From the NCBI GenBank assembly GCA_001657395.1, contig LYSY01000012.1, forward strand, positions 18,909-82,908: DNA of 64,000 nucleotides. The letters are read 5' to 3'. The notes beneath the pieces were generated by a model. It was not told the origin of the DNA. It saw only the letters and a list, made by a program, of their open reading frames with translations, and did not search any database. Position numbers and translations under genes: made by a program. Within the stretch, counting starts at the first letter, position 1. The number at the start of each line of letters is the position of its first letter. This document shows, piece by piece, positions 35,307-43,169 of this stretch. This stretch comes from Rhodospirillales bacterium BBD 1991-14 (GTDB lineage: Bacteria > Pseudomonadota > Alphaproteobacteria > Kiloniellales > Kiloniellaceae).

Positions 35307-37472
35307 ATGAGTTTCCAGGGGGCCGAGACGAGTCTCTCCGGGCTGCCGCTGCGGGCAATTCCGGCTGTTGTACTCGACACCGAAACCACCGGGCTGGACG
35401 TCGTCCATGACCATGTCATTGAGATCGGCGGCGTGCGCCTGTCCGGCGGGCGCATCGCCGAAGGCGACAGCCACAGCGTCCTGGTCAACCCCGGCATGCC
35501 GATCCCGGGCGATTCCACGGCGATTCACGGCATAACGGACGCCGATGTCGCCGGGGCGCCGGCCTTCCGCGAGGCCATGGATGGGTTCGTGGACTGGGCC
35601 GGGCCCTCGGTGGTGATCGGCTATTCCATCGGCTTCGATCTGGCGATCCTCAAGGCCGAGCACGAGCGAAACGGGCTCGACTGGCAGATGCCCCGCAGCC
35701 TCGATGTGCGCCACCTGCTTCATCTGGTCGGCGCCAACCTGCCGAGTCAGTCGCTGGAGACGGTGGCGGGCTGGCTCGGTCTGGAAACCAGCAACCGTCA
35801 CCGGGCCCTGGGGGATGCGATCCTCACGGCCGAGATTTTTCTGGCCCTCGTCCCCAAGCTGGCAGATGCCGGCGTTACCACCCTCGCCCAGGCGGAGCGC
35901 GCCTGCCGGGCGCTCACCGAGCGTCTCGATGAAGAGGCGCGGGCCGGATGGCAGGGCTTCGATCAGCTGGGTCAGGCGGTCGCCCCCAGCGTGGCGGAGT
36001 ACGCCCGCGTCGACAGCTTTCCCTACCGCCACAAGGTCGCGGACCTGATGAACAGCCCGCCGCTCACCATCGCCGGCGATGCGCCGCTGCAGGAGGCGCT
36101 GGGCGTCATGGCCGGCAAAAAGGTGAGTTCCCTGTTCCTGCCGCCCCGGGCCGACGCTGCTGCCGCCGAGGACGGCTGGGGCATCATCACCGAACGCGAC
36201 GTCCTGCGGGCGGTCGATGCCTTGGGCGGTGCGGCCTTGCAGTGGCCGGTGGCGGAGTTCGCCGCGCGTCCCCTGGTCACCATCAAGGCGGAGGAGTTTG
36301 TCTACCGTGCGCTAGCGCGCATGTCGGGCGGCGGCTTCCGCCATCTGGGGGTGACGGATGCCGAGGGTGCGCTGGTGGGGGCGCTCAGCGCCCGCGACCT
36401 GCTGCGCCAGCGGGCGAGCGACGCCGTTTCGCTGGGCGACTGCATCGAGCAGGCGCAGACGGCGGCGGAACTGGGCCGCATCTGGGCTGACCTCACGGTG
36501 GTGGCGCGGGCGCTGGTCCACGAGGATGTGGACAGCCGCGACGTTGCGGCCATCGTCTCGCGCGAACTGCGCGCGCTCACGCGCCGCGCCTGCGAGTTTG
36601 CGCAAGCGGAGCTGGAGGCGTCCGAGATGGGTCCCGCGCCGCTGCCCTATGCGATGATGGTCCTCGGCTCCGGCGGGCGCGGCGAGAGCCTGCTGGCCAT
36701 GGATCAGGACAACGCCATCGTTTTCGCCGGCGAGGAGTCGGCCTCCGCTGCAGAGCGGAACGGGCGGGACGTCGACCCCTGGTTCGCCGCGCTGGGCCAG
36801 CGCACCGCCGACATCCTGAACGATGCCGGCGTCTGCTACTGCAAGGGCGGGGTCATGGCTGCCAACGCCGAGTGGCGCATGGATCTCGCCGGCTGGCGCG
36901 ACACCGTCGGCACCTGGATCACGCGCTCCAAGCCGGAAGACATGCTGAACTGCGACATCTTTTTCGATGCAGTGCCGGTCCATGGCACGGCCGAACTGGC
37001 CGAGCGCCTGCATGACGAGGCCATGGAGGCGGCCAAGGGCTCGCGCTCCTTCCTGCGGTCGCTGGCGCTGAAAGCGGGCCAGTTGGAGGCTCCGGTCGGC
37101 TGGTTCGGCCGGCTGAAGCTGGACCACGGCCGCGTCGACCTGAAAAAGGGCGGCATCATGCCGATCTTCTCCGCCGCCCGCGTGATCGCCCTGCAGCACG
37201 GCATCGCCAGGCGCTCGACGCCGGAGCGGCTGGAAGCGGCCCGCGGCCTCGACCTCGTCCCGGCCCGCACCGTCGACAATCTGATCGAAGCGCACCGCAT
37301 CCTGCTGGATCTCATTCTGCGCCAGCAATTGCGCGACATCGATCAGGGCCTGCCGCTCTCCAACCGGGTTGCGCCCGGGGAACTCACCGCCTTTCAGCGC
37401 CAGGAAATGCGCTGGGCGCTGGACCAGGTGCCGGCCATCGCGGACCTGCTGGGCATTCCCGCCTTCGCCTGA
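35307..37472 (+). CDS. Fusion of DEDDh 3'-5' exonuclease, CBS pair and DUF294 nucleotidyltransferase domains
   Basis: LDTETTG, FDL, HRALGDA (DEDDh). GIITERD and GALSARD (CBS). LGSGGRGE...DQDN (NTase). DLKKGG (DUF294_C). Confidence 0.9.
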   Translation: MSFQGAETSLSGLPLRAIPAVVLDTETTGLDVVHDHVIEIGGVRLSGGRIAEGDSHSVLVNPGMPIPGDSTAIHGITDADVAGAPAFREAMDGFVDWAGPSVVIGYSIGFDLAILKAEHERNGLDWQMPRSLDVRHLLHLVGANLPSQSLETVAGWLGLETSNRHRALGDAILTAEIFLALVPKLADAGVTTLAQAERACRALTERLDEEARAGWQGFDQLGQAVAPSVAEYARVDSFPYRHKVADLMNSPPLTIAGDAPLQEALGVMAGKKVSSLFLPPRADAAAAEDGWGIITERDVLRAVDALGGAALQWPVAEFAARPLVTIKAEEFVYRALARMSGGGFRHLGVTDAEGALVGALSARDLLRQRASDAVSLGDCIEQAQTAAELGRIWADLTVVARALVHEDVDSRDVAAIVSRELRALTRRACEFAQAELEASEMGPAPLPYAMMVLGSGGRGESLLAMDQDNAIVFAGEESASAAERNGRDVDPWFAALGQRTADILNDAGVCYCKGGVMAANAEWRMDLAGWRDTVGTWITRSKPEDMLNCDIFFDAVPVHGTAELAERLHDEAMEAAKGSRSFLRSLALKAGQLEAPVGWFGRLKLDHGRVDLKKGGIMPIFSAARVIALQHGIARRSTPERLEAARGLDLVPARTVDNLIEAHRILLDLILRQQLRDIDQGLPLSNRVAPGELTAFQRQEMRWALDQVPAIADLLGIPAFA

Positions 37473-37600
37473 ATCCGGCTCACCCGTCTCTTGGGTTTGC
37501 GTTTCGCGGCTCGCCTCCTATCTTACAGGCCAAGCAATCCTTCGGGCATGCAGCCCAAACGGCGGCCCGTCAAACGATACAGACTGAAGGGGAGGCCTCA

Positions 37601-38041
37601 TTGCGTTACCTGCACACCATGGTTCGGGTGAAAGACCTGGACGCATCGCTGAACTTCTACTGCAACCTGCTGGGCCTGAAAGAGGTGCGCCGCTACGACA
37701 GCGAGAAGGGCCGCTTTACGCTGGTGTTCCTGGCCGCGCCGGAAGACGAGGGCCGCGCCAAGGAGGAAAAGGCCCCCTTGGTGGAGCTCACCTACAATTG
37801 GGATCCGGAGGACTATCAGGGCGGGCGCAACTTCGGCCACCTCGCCTATCTCGTGAACGATATCTATGGCCTGTGCCAGAAGCTGCATGACGGCGGCGTG
37901 ACGATCAACCGCCCGCCGCGTGACGGCCACATGGCTTTCGTGCGCTCGCCGGACGGCATTTCGGTCGAGCTCTTGCAGAAGGGCGACTCCCTGGCGCCGC
38001 AGGAGCCCTGGTCCTCCATGGAAAACAGCGGAAGCTGGTAG
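37601..38041 (+). CDS. gloA: Lactoylglutathione lyase (glyoxalase I)
   Basis: LHTMVRV, ELTYNWD, NFGHLAY, FVRSPDGISVELLQ. TTG start after GGGGAGG. Confidence 0.88.
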   Translation: MRYLHTMVRVKDLDASLNFYCNLLGLKEVRRYDSEKGRFTLVFLAAPEDEGRAKEEKAPLVELTYNWDPEDYQGGRNFGHLAYLVNDIYGLCQKLHDGGVTINRPPRDGHMAFVRSPDGISVELLQKGDSLAPQEPWSSMENSGSW

Positions 38042-38055
38042 AGGTCCGCACCTCA

Positions 38056-39210
38056 ATGGGCCTGCGATCGGTCAAAGCGCTCTTGGCTTTGCGAAGCATC
38101 GGGTTCGCCTGTGCTGCAGCAGCCTGTCTGGCGGCGCCGGCGGCGCAGGCCCAAGTGGCGGACTGCGATCAACCGGACCCGGTCTGCGACGCCCGCGCTG
38201 CCGTTTTCGCCATCTCCGCCTTCGATCCCGTCGGCTCGGCGGTGCGCATCGGGCCCGACCGCCTGGTGACCGCCCGCCACGTGGTCGCCGACCAGCCTGA
38301 GGCGACGCTTTTCCTGGCCGACGGTACGCCCCTGGTCGCCACGGTCGTGCCCAGTGGCTATGCCGCAGACCTAGTGTTCCTCTCAGTCGAGGGCCTGCCG
38401 CAAGGGCCGGCTCTGGAGCCGACGGAAGCCCGGGTGGGGGTCGACCTCTTCACCATTGGCGCCGACGTTGGCCGGCAGCGGATCCGTGCCTACGACCCCG
38501 GCCAGGCGCGGGCCCTGCCGGCGGTGGGGCATCCTCTGGCCCGCCTCCACCACGATGCCTACAGCCAGCCGGGCAACAGCGGCGGTGCGCTGGTCGACGC
38601 CGAAGGCCGTCTGGTCGGCATTGTCGCTTCCGGCGGGGAAGGGCGCTTCGAGGCGATCCCCACTGCCGCCTTGGCGGTACTGGAGTCCAAGAGCGGGCCC
38701 GGCTTCGCCGAGGAAAGCGCCGAACTCGGCGCTGCCGTGCGCATCTGCACCACACTGATCGAAGACCGTCAGGCGCGGCCCGGCCGGCTGGATGAACAGG
38801 TGGCCAAGGCGATCGCGACCGCCTGCGGCCGGGCCGGCAACCGCCAGCTTCTGGATCTGGCCGGCCAGACCCTGGGTCGGGGCGGTGTCGCGGCGATGGC
38901 GGTGCCGCTTTTCGAGCGCGCCCTGGCGGAGGACCCCAACGCGGTCAACACGCGCCTCGGTCTGGTCGTCACCCACCACCTGCTGCGCGACTACGAAGCC
39001 GAGCTGCCGCACCTGCATTGGCTGATGGAACACGCCGGCGAGGACCTGCAGGTCCTGCGCTTTGCGATCCAGGCCGGCACCTGGGGCGGCGATCCGGACC
39101 TGGCGGCCGAAGCGCTGGCGCGCCTGAAGCGGGTCAACCCGCAGACGGCCCCGGCGGCGGAGCGCTTCATGGCACAGCCGCCGCCGCGGCCCCCGAAGCT
39201 GCCGAACTGA
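38056..39210 (+). CDS. Secreted trypsin-like (S1) serine protease with C-terminal TPR-like region
   Basis: Signal peptide, triad TARHV / ADL / PGNSGG, C-terminal helical repeats (FERALAEDPN). Confidence 0.82.
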   Translation: MGLRSVKALLALRSIGFACAAAACLAAPAAQAQVADCDQPDPVCDARAAVFAISAFDPVGSAVRIGPDRLVTARHVVADQPEATLFLADGTPLVATVVPSGYAADLVFLSVEGLPQGPALEPTEARVGVDLFTIGADVGRQRIRAYDPGQARALPAVGHPLARLHHDAYSQPGNSGGALVDAEGRLVGIVASGGEGRFEAIPTAALAVLESKSGPGFAEESAELGAAVRICTTLIEDRQARPGRLDEQVAKAIATACGRAGNRQLLDLAGQTLGRGGVAAMAVPLFERALAEDPNAVNTRLGLVVTHHLLRDYEAELPHLHWLMEHAGEDLQVLRFAIQAGTWGGDPDLAAEALARLKRVNPQTAPAAERFMAQPPPRPPKLPN

Positions 39211-39227
39211 CTGCTGCCGAACCGAAC

Positions 39228-40541
39228 TCAGCCGTCTTCGGCCGGGTTGGGAATCCAGCCGCCGGCCACCTTGGGCCCGCCGCGCTCCAGCGGCGCCACG
39301 GCGCGGTCGAGAATGGCCGCTTTCAAGTCGGCGGCCCGCCACTGCGGATTGGCGGCCTTCAGGCGGGCGGCGAGCGCCGCCACGCGCGGTACCGCATAGC
39401 TCGAGCCGGAGGCCCGGCCCCGCGCCCCGCGGTAGTCGGTCACCTCCAACTGTTCGGCGGGCACCATCAGGTCGACGGACACGGGACCCCAGTTGGACCC
39501 CGCTGCCAGCCGTCCGAAGGCGTCGGCCGAGGTGACGACCAGCATGTTTTCCAGGGCGAGCGCGGCGGGATAGAGCGGCACGGCGTCGATGTCGCGCCCG
39601 TCGTTGCCGGCGGAGACCACGAACAGCAGGTCGCTGTGGCGCCGGGCGGCGGCCTCGAAGGCTGTCCAGTCTTCCGCCTTGCGGCTGCCCAGTGGCATGG
39701 CGAAGACGCTGCTGCCCGCCGCGGCGGCTGCGTCGATCAGATCGGCCATACGCCCCATGTCCGGGCGCGGATAGCGGTAGGGCAGCAGACGCACCGCCGG
39801 CGCCTCCTTGACCAGCAGGCTGGCGACCGGCGTGCCGTGGCGGATCGGGAAGAAGGCGGAGCGCCCGGTGTCGCCGTCGAAGGGGCGCGGATCCAGGTCC
39901 CAGAAGTCATAGCCCAGGGGCGTACCCTCGGCATCGCGCGCCAGCCGCTCTGCAATGGCGGGCAGGAGATAGTTCACGCCGCTGTCGATATGGGCCACGG
40001 TCACCCCGCCGGGGTCTTCGCCGGGCGGCACTGCGGGATTGAGGGCTTCGACCTGCTCCTCGCTGGTCAGATCCGCCGAGAGATGGACCAGCTCCAGGGC
40101 CATGCCGTCGTCACCGTAGCGCAGAGCGCGCGCATGATGAATCCGGCAGGCGCCGTTCGCCAGGGCCGTGATCAGCGGGCGGCCGGTATCGCCGTCGTAG
40201 AGGGTGAGAGAGATGCGTCGCAACTGGCCGCCCGCGCGTGTCGCCTCCAGGCCCAGGTCGGGGGCTCCCCCGGGCCCTTCGAGCCGAACCTCCCGGCGGA
40301 CCCATCTGCCCTCGGGGCCGCGGTCGCGCACCGGACCGAGCCGGTATCCCGCCAGCGGTCCCTCCGATTCCATCTCCGTGCCCTCGGGATCGAGGAGGAT
40401 GTCCGGGCAGAGCATGGCGGCCGCCGATTGCAGGATCGCAGCGCCGGCGTCCTGCGCGTTTTCAGCGCCTGTCGCGACAGGGGCGCCGCCGAACATCGCG
40501 ATCACGACAGCGGCGGTCAGGAGAGGCGGGCATCGGCCCAT
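39228..40541 (-). CDS. Secreted subtilisin-like (S8) serine peptidase
   Basis: Signal peptide, HIDSGV (Asp), HGTPVA (His), SAGNDG (oxyanion Asn), SGSSYAVP (Ser). Confidence 0.88.
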   Translation of the reverse strand: MGRCPPLLTAAVVIAMFGGAPVATGAENAQDAGAAILQSAAAMLCPDILLDPEGTEMESEGPLAGYRLGPVRDRGPEGRWVRREVRLEGPGGAPDLGLEATRAGGQLRRISLTLYDGDTGRPLITALANGACRIHHARALRYGDDGMALELVHLSADLTSEEQVEALNPAVPPGEDPGGVTVAHIDSGVNYLLPAIAERLARDAEGTPLGYDFWDLDPRPFDGDTGRSAFFPIRHGTPVASLLVKEAPAVRLLPYRYPRPDMGRMADLIDAAAAAGSSVFAMPLGSRKAEDWTAFEAAARRHSDLLFVVSAGNDGRDIDAVPLYPAALALENMLVVTSADAFGRLAAGSNWGPVSVDLMVPAEQLEVTDYRGARGRASGSSYAVPRVAALAARLKAANPQWRAADLKAAILDRAVAPLERGGPKVAGGWIPNPAEDG

Positions 40542-40658
40542 AGGTCTATCCGGCGATCTCTGGTTTCATAAGGGGCGTCACCGCAGGAGCGCATGCCGCG
40601 CCGGGCAGTCTCGCACGGACGGCAGACAAAAATCAGCCCCGGACCACGATGGCCGCGA

Positions 40659-42809
40659 TCAGCTGTCCCGCAGGGGCGTGTCCTTCAGGCGCCGCTCCGG
40701 CGGTCCCGCGGTGCCGGCGCTGCGCGCAGGGGGGCGAAAGCCGATGGGCGGACGGCCGCCGGCCTTGGCCGCGGCCTCTGCCGCCAGCAGCGCGGCAATC
40801 TCCTCGGCCGGCGCGGAGTCTGCCCGGAACTTGAGCTGACGGGCGACGACCGCGAAGTCCCCGGGCGTGAGCCCTTCGATCTGCAGGAGCCGGCGGGGCG
40901 CCTCCAGGCCGAAGAACAGCCGGAAGGCCTTCGCCCTCTGCGGTGCCGTCAGCACCTTGAGTGTGACCTTGAAGACAAAGCGGCGCATGGCGGCGGGGTC
41001 CAGCTTGTCGGCATGGTTCGTCGCAGCGATGAAGGGCTGGGGATGGCGCTCCATCCAGGTGAGCAGCTCGTTGACTTGGCTCACCTCCCAGCTGCGCAAA
41101 GCGGCGCTGCGGTCGAACAGCAGGGAGTCGATCTCGTCGAACAGCAGGATGCTGCCCTCGTCTGCCGCTTCGGCAAAGGCATCGGCAATGTACTTTTCCG
41201 AATCGCCGACCCACTTGGACAGCAGGTCGGACGCGCGCTTGATCACCAGGGGCTGATCGAGCTTCTGCGCCAGGTAAAGGGCGAGGGCCGTCTTTCCGGT
41301 TCCCGGCGGGCCGGTGAGCAGCAGCGAGAAGTCGCGCGCCGCGCCCTTGGCCGAAAGCTGGCTGAACAGGCGCCCGACATCCCGGTCTGCGTGGTAGAGC
41401 GACAGATGGAGCGTCTGCCGCGCCTGCGCGCCATGTTCGGGCCGGCGCCCGTAACGCAGGCCTTCGACCAGCGCCGTCAGGGTCTGCTCGACCTCCTCGC
41501 TGCCTCCGGAAGCAAGCCTGGCAGAGCGCGCGGCCTTGCGCGCCACGGCGGAGACCTCCGGCGCCGTTGCGGCAAGGCGCCCGATCACGTCTTCCTCCAG
41601 CAGCAGGGCCTCATCCGCCAGGACGCGGGCCAGAATACGCTTGCGCGCCTGCAGGCGCGGCCGGTCCATCTTCACGACATAGGACATGCGGCGCAGAAAG
41701 GCCGCGTCGATGTTCTCGATGTCATTGGTGGTCCAGAGCGTCGGGACCGGGTTGTTCTCGAACAGGCGGTTGACGAAGACCTTCGATCCGCTGCGCCTGA
41801 TGAAACGCCCGCTGTCGCTGCGCTGGGTGTCGCCGATCAGGTCTTCCATCTCGTCGAACAGCAGCAGCGTGTCGCCGCGGCCCGCCAGCACGCGCTGGGC
41901 GAGGGCGAGGGCCGTTACGCGCTCCCAGCGGTTCGGCTCGTCGCCGTACTCGTCGGTCTCGCCGACGGCATAGAGCCGCGCAGCGGCAGCCTTGGCCAGC
42001 GTCTTCGCAAGCTCCGTCTTGCCGGTCCCCGGCGGTCCATAGAGCAGAACGTTGACGCCCTTGGCCTTGCCGGCGACGGCACCGCTCAGCAGGCGCCGCA
42101 GCAGCTCGGCGTGCTGCAGCACCTCGGGGAAATCGAGGATGCCGAGCTCGGCCGGGGCGCTGCGCCCGACGAGGCATTCGATCAGTTCGTCGTCGCCAGC
42201 CGGCGCGCGGTCGATCACCCGGTCGACCGCATCGCTGAGATCGAGCGTGACCTCGCCGCCGCGGTTGAGCGAGAGTTCGACCAAAGCCAGCTCCACGACG
42301 GCACTGCGCCGCAGCGCCTCGGGGGTCTCGAAGCCGGCGAGCTTGGCCGCGAAGGTTGTGCTGTCCAGGCCGTGGCTGCGCAGACGCCAGTGCAGGGACG
42401 CGACCCAGCGCAGACGGTTGATGGCGACGACGATCTGCAGAAGATGCGTCTCTTCAGCGGCAAGGTTCAGGACCTTGCCCAGGCGTGCCGCGATCTGCAA
42501 AACGGCCGTGGTTTTGCCGTCCGGCGTTTTCGCTGCCGCCGATTCCGCCTTGCGCAGGGCTTTGTCCAGAAGACGCCAGGGGTCGGGCTGCGCCTTGTTT
42601 TTGGCGCGCTTGGCCCTGGTGGATTTGGACTTGGCGCTCCCCGAGCGCTGTTCTTCCGCCTTGTCCAGCTTGCGCGCAAACTTGCCCAGACCAACGGTCT
42701 CGGCATTGTGGCGGCACCAGCTGACGATGCCGGCGGCGCGCGGCGTCCTGGGTTCCGTTTCTGTTATGGCTGCGCGCAGGATGCGCAGCAGCAGTGCGTG
42801 CTCGTTCAT
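40659..42809 (-). CDS. AAA+ ATPase with two AAA modules and a unique N-terminal domain
   Basis: Two GPPGTGKT Walker A motifs, LLLFDE and ILLFDE Walker B motifs, DAAFLRR and LDPAAMRRF Arg fingers, LTPGDFA, C-terminal PIGF. Confidence 0.92.
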   Translation of the reverse strand: MNEHALLLRILRAAITETEPRTPRAAGIVSWCRHNAETVGLGKFARKLDKAEEQRSGSAKSKSTRAKRAKNKAQPDPWRLLDKALRKAESAAAKTPDGKTTAVLQIAARLGKVLNLAAEETHLLQIVVAINRLRWVASLHWRLRSHGLDSTTFAAKLAGFETPEALRRSAVVELALVELSLNRGGEVTLDLSDAVDRVIDRAPAGDDELIECLVGRSAPAELGILDFPEVLQHAELLRRLLSGAVAGKAKGVNVLLYGPPGTGKTELAKTLAKAAAARLYAVGETDEYGDEPNRWERVTALALAQRVLAGRGDTLLLFDEMEDLIGDTQRSDSGRFIRRSGSKVFVNRLFENNPVPTLWTTNDIENIDAAFLRRMSYVVKMDRPRLQARKRILARVLADEALLLEEDVIGRLAATAPEVSAVARKAARSARLASGGSEEVEQTLTALVEGLRYGRRPEHGAQARQTLHLSLYHADRDVGRLFSQLSAKGAARDFSLLLTGPPGTGKTALALYLAQKLDQPLVIKRASDLLSKWVGDSEKYIADAFAEAADEGSILLFDEIDSLLFDRSAALRSWEVSQVNELLTWMERHPQPFIAATNHADKLDPAAMRRFVFKVTLKVLTAPQRAKAFRLFFGLEAPRRLLQIEGLTPGDFAVVARQLKFRADSAPAEEIAALLAAEAAAKAGGRPPIGFRPPARSAGTAGPPERRLKDTPLRDS

Positions 42810-42945
42810 CGATCATTCGCGTGTCTGCGCCCGCTGGTGGAGCCGGCGGCACGCGAACAAGGCGCAGCCGAGCGCCGCCAGAGGCGGTTGTCGTTCGGTT
42901 TCGTTCTGGGATGACAGCGCCGGGGTCGGGGCCCCGGCCGGCGCG

Positions 42946-43008
42946 CTAGCGCAGAGGAAGGACCGCGAAGATCGGCGATGTCATGCCCTTGAGGTCAATC
43001 CTCGTCAT
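42946..43008 (-). CDS. Putative leader peptide MTRIDLKGMTSPIFAVLPLR in the 5' leader of the AAA ATPase
   Basis: Translated by hand, ATG 43008 to TAG 42946. AGGTG lies 7 nt upstream. The ORF sits between a sigma70 promoter and the ATPase and is followed by a GC hairpin. Confidence 0.55.
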   Translation of the reverse strand: MTRIDLKGMTSPIFAVLPLR

Positions 43009-43064
43009 GGGCTTACACCTGATTTGCCGTTGAACCTGTATCGCCGCAGCGATACGGGCTGGGG

Positions 43065-43093
43065 GATGTATCAACTCCCGGCTTTGCTGTCAA
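43065..43093 (-). promoter_or_regulatory. Sigma70-type promoter for the AAA ATPase leader
   Basis: TTGACA (43093-43088), 17-nt spacer, TACATC (43070-43065), just downstream of a terminator. Confidence 0.65.
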
Positions 43094-43109
43094 CCGCGGA
43101 GCCGCGCAG

Positions 43110-43141
43110 AAAAAAGGCCCCGGACCGTGAAGTCCGGGGCC
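43110..43141 (-). terminator. Intrinsic terminator of the phosphatase/phytase-like gene
   Basis: 10-bp stem GGCCCCGGAC/GTCCGGGGCC with a 6-nt loop, followed by TTTTTT on the minus strand. Confidence 0.85.
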
Positions 43142-43169
43142 GGCAAAGTTGGCTTAGGGTAAACGCAGA

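Noticed and set aside
35307..35900. DNA polymerase III epsilon (dnaQ)
   Set aside because: The DEDDh domain is fused to CBS and DUF294 domains and sits in an actP context.
39228..42809. Firm call as an IetAS toxin-antitoxin/defence system
   Set aside because: The S8 peptidase has an apparent signal peptide and is short, the genes are not tightly coupled, and the ATPase has two AAA modules. Kept only as a low-ranked possibility.
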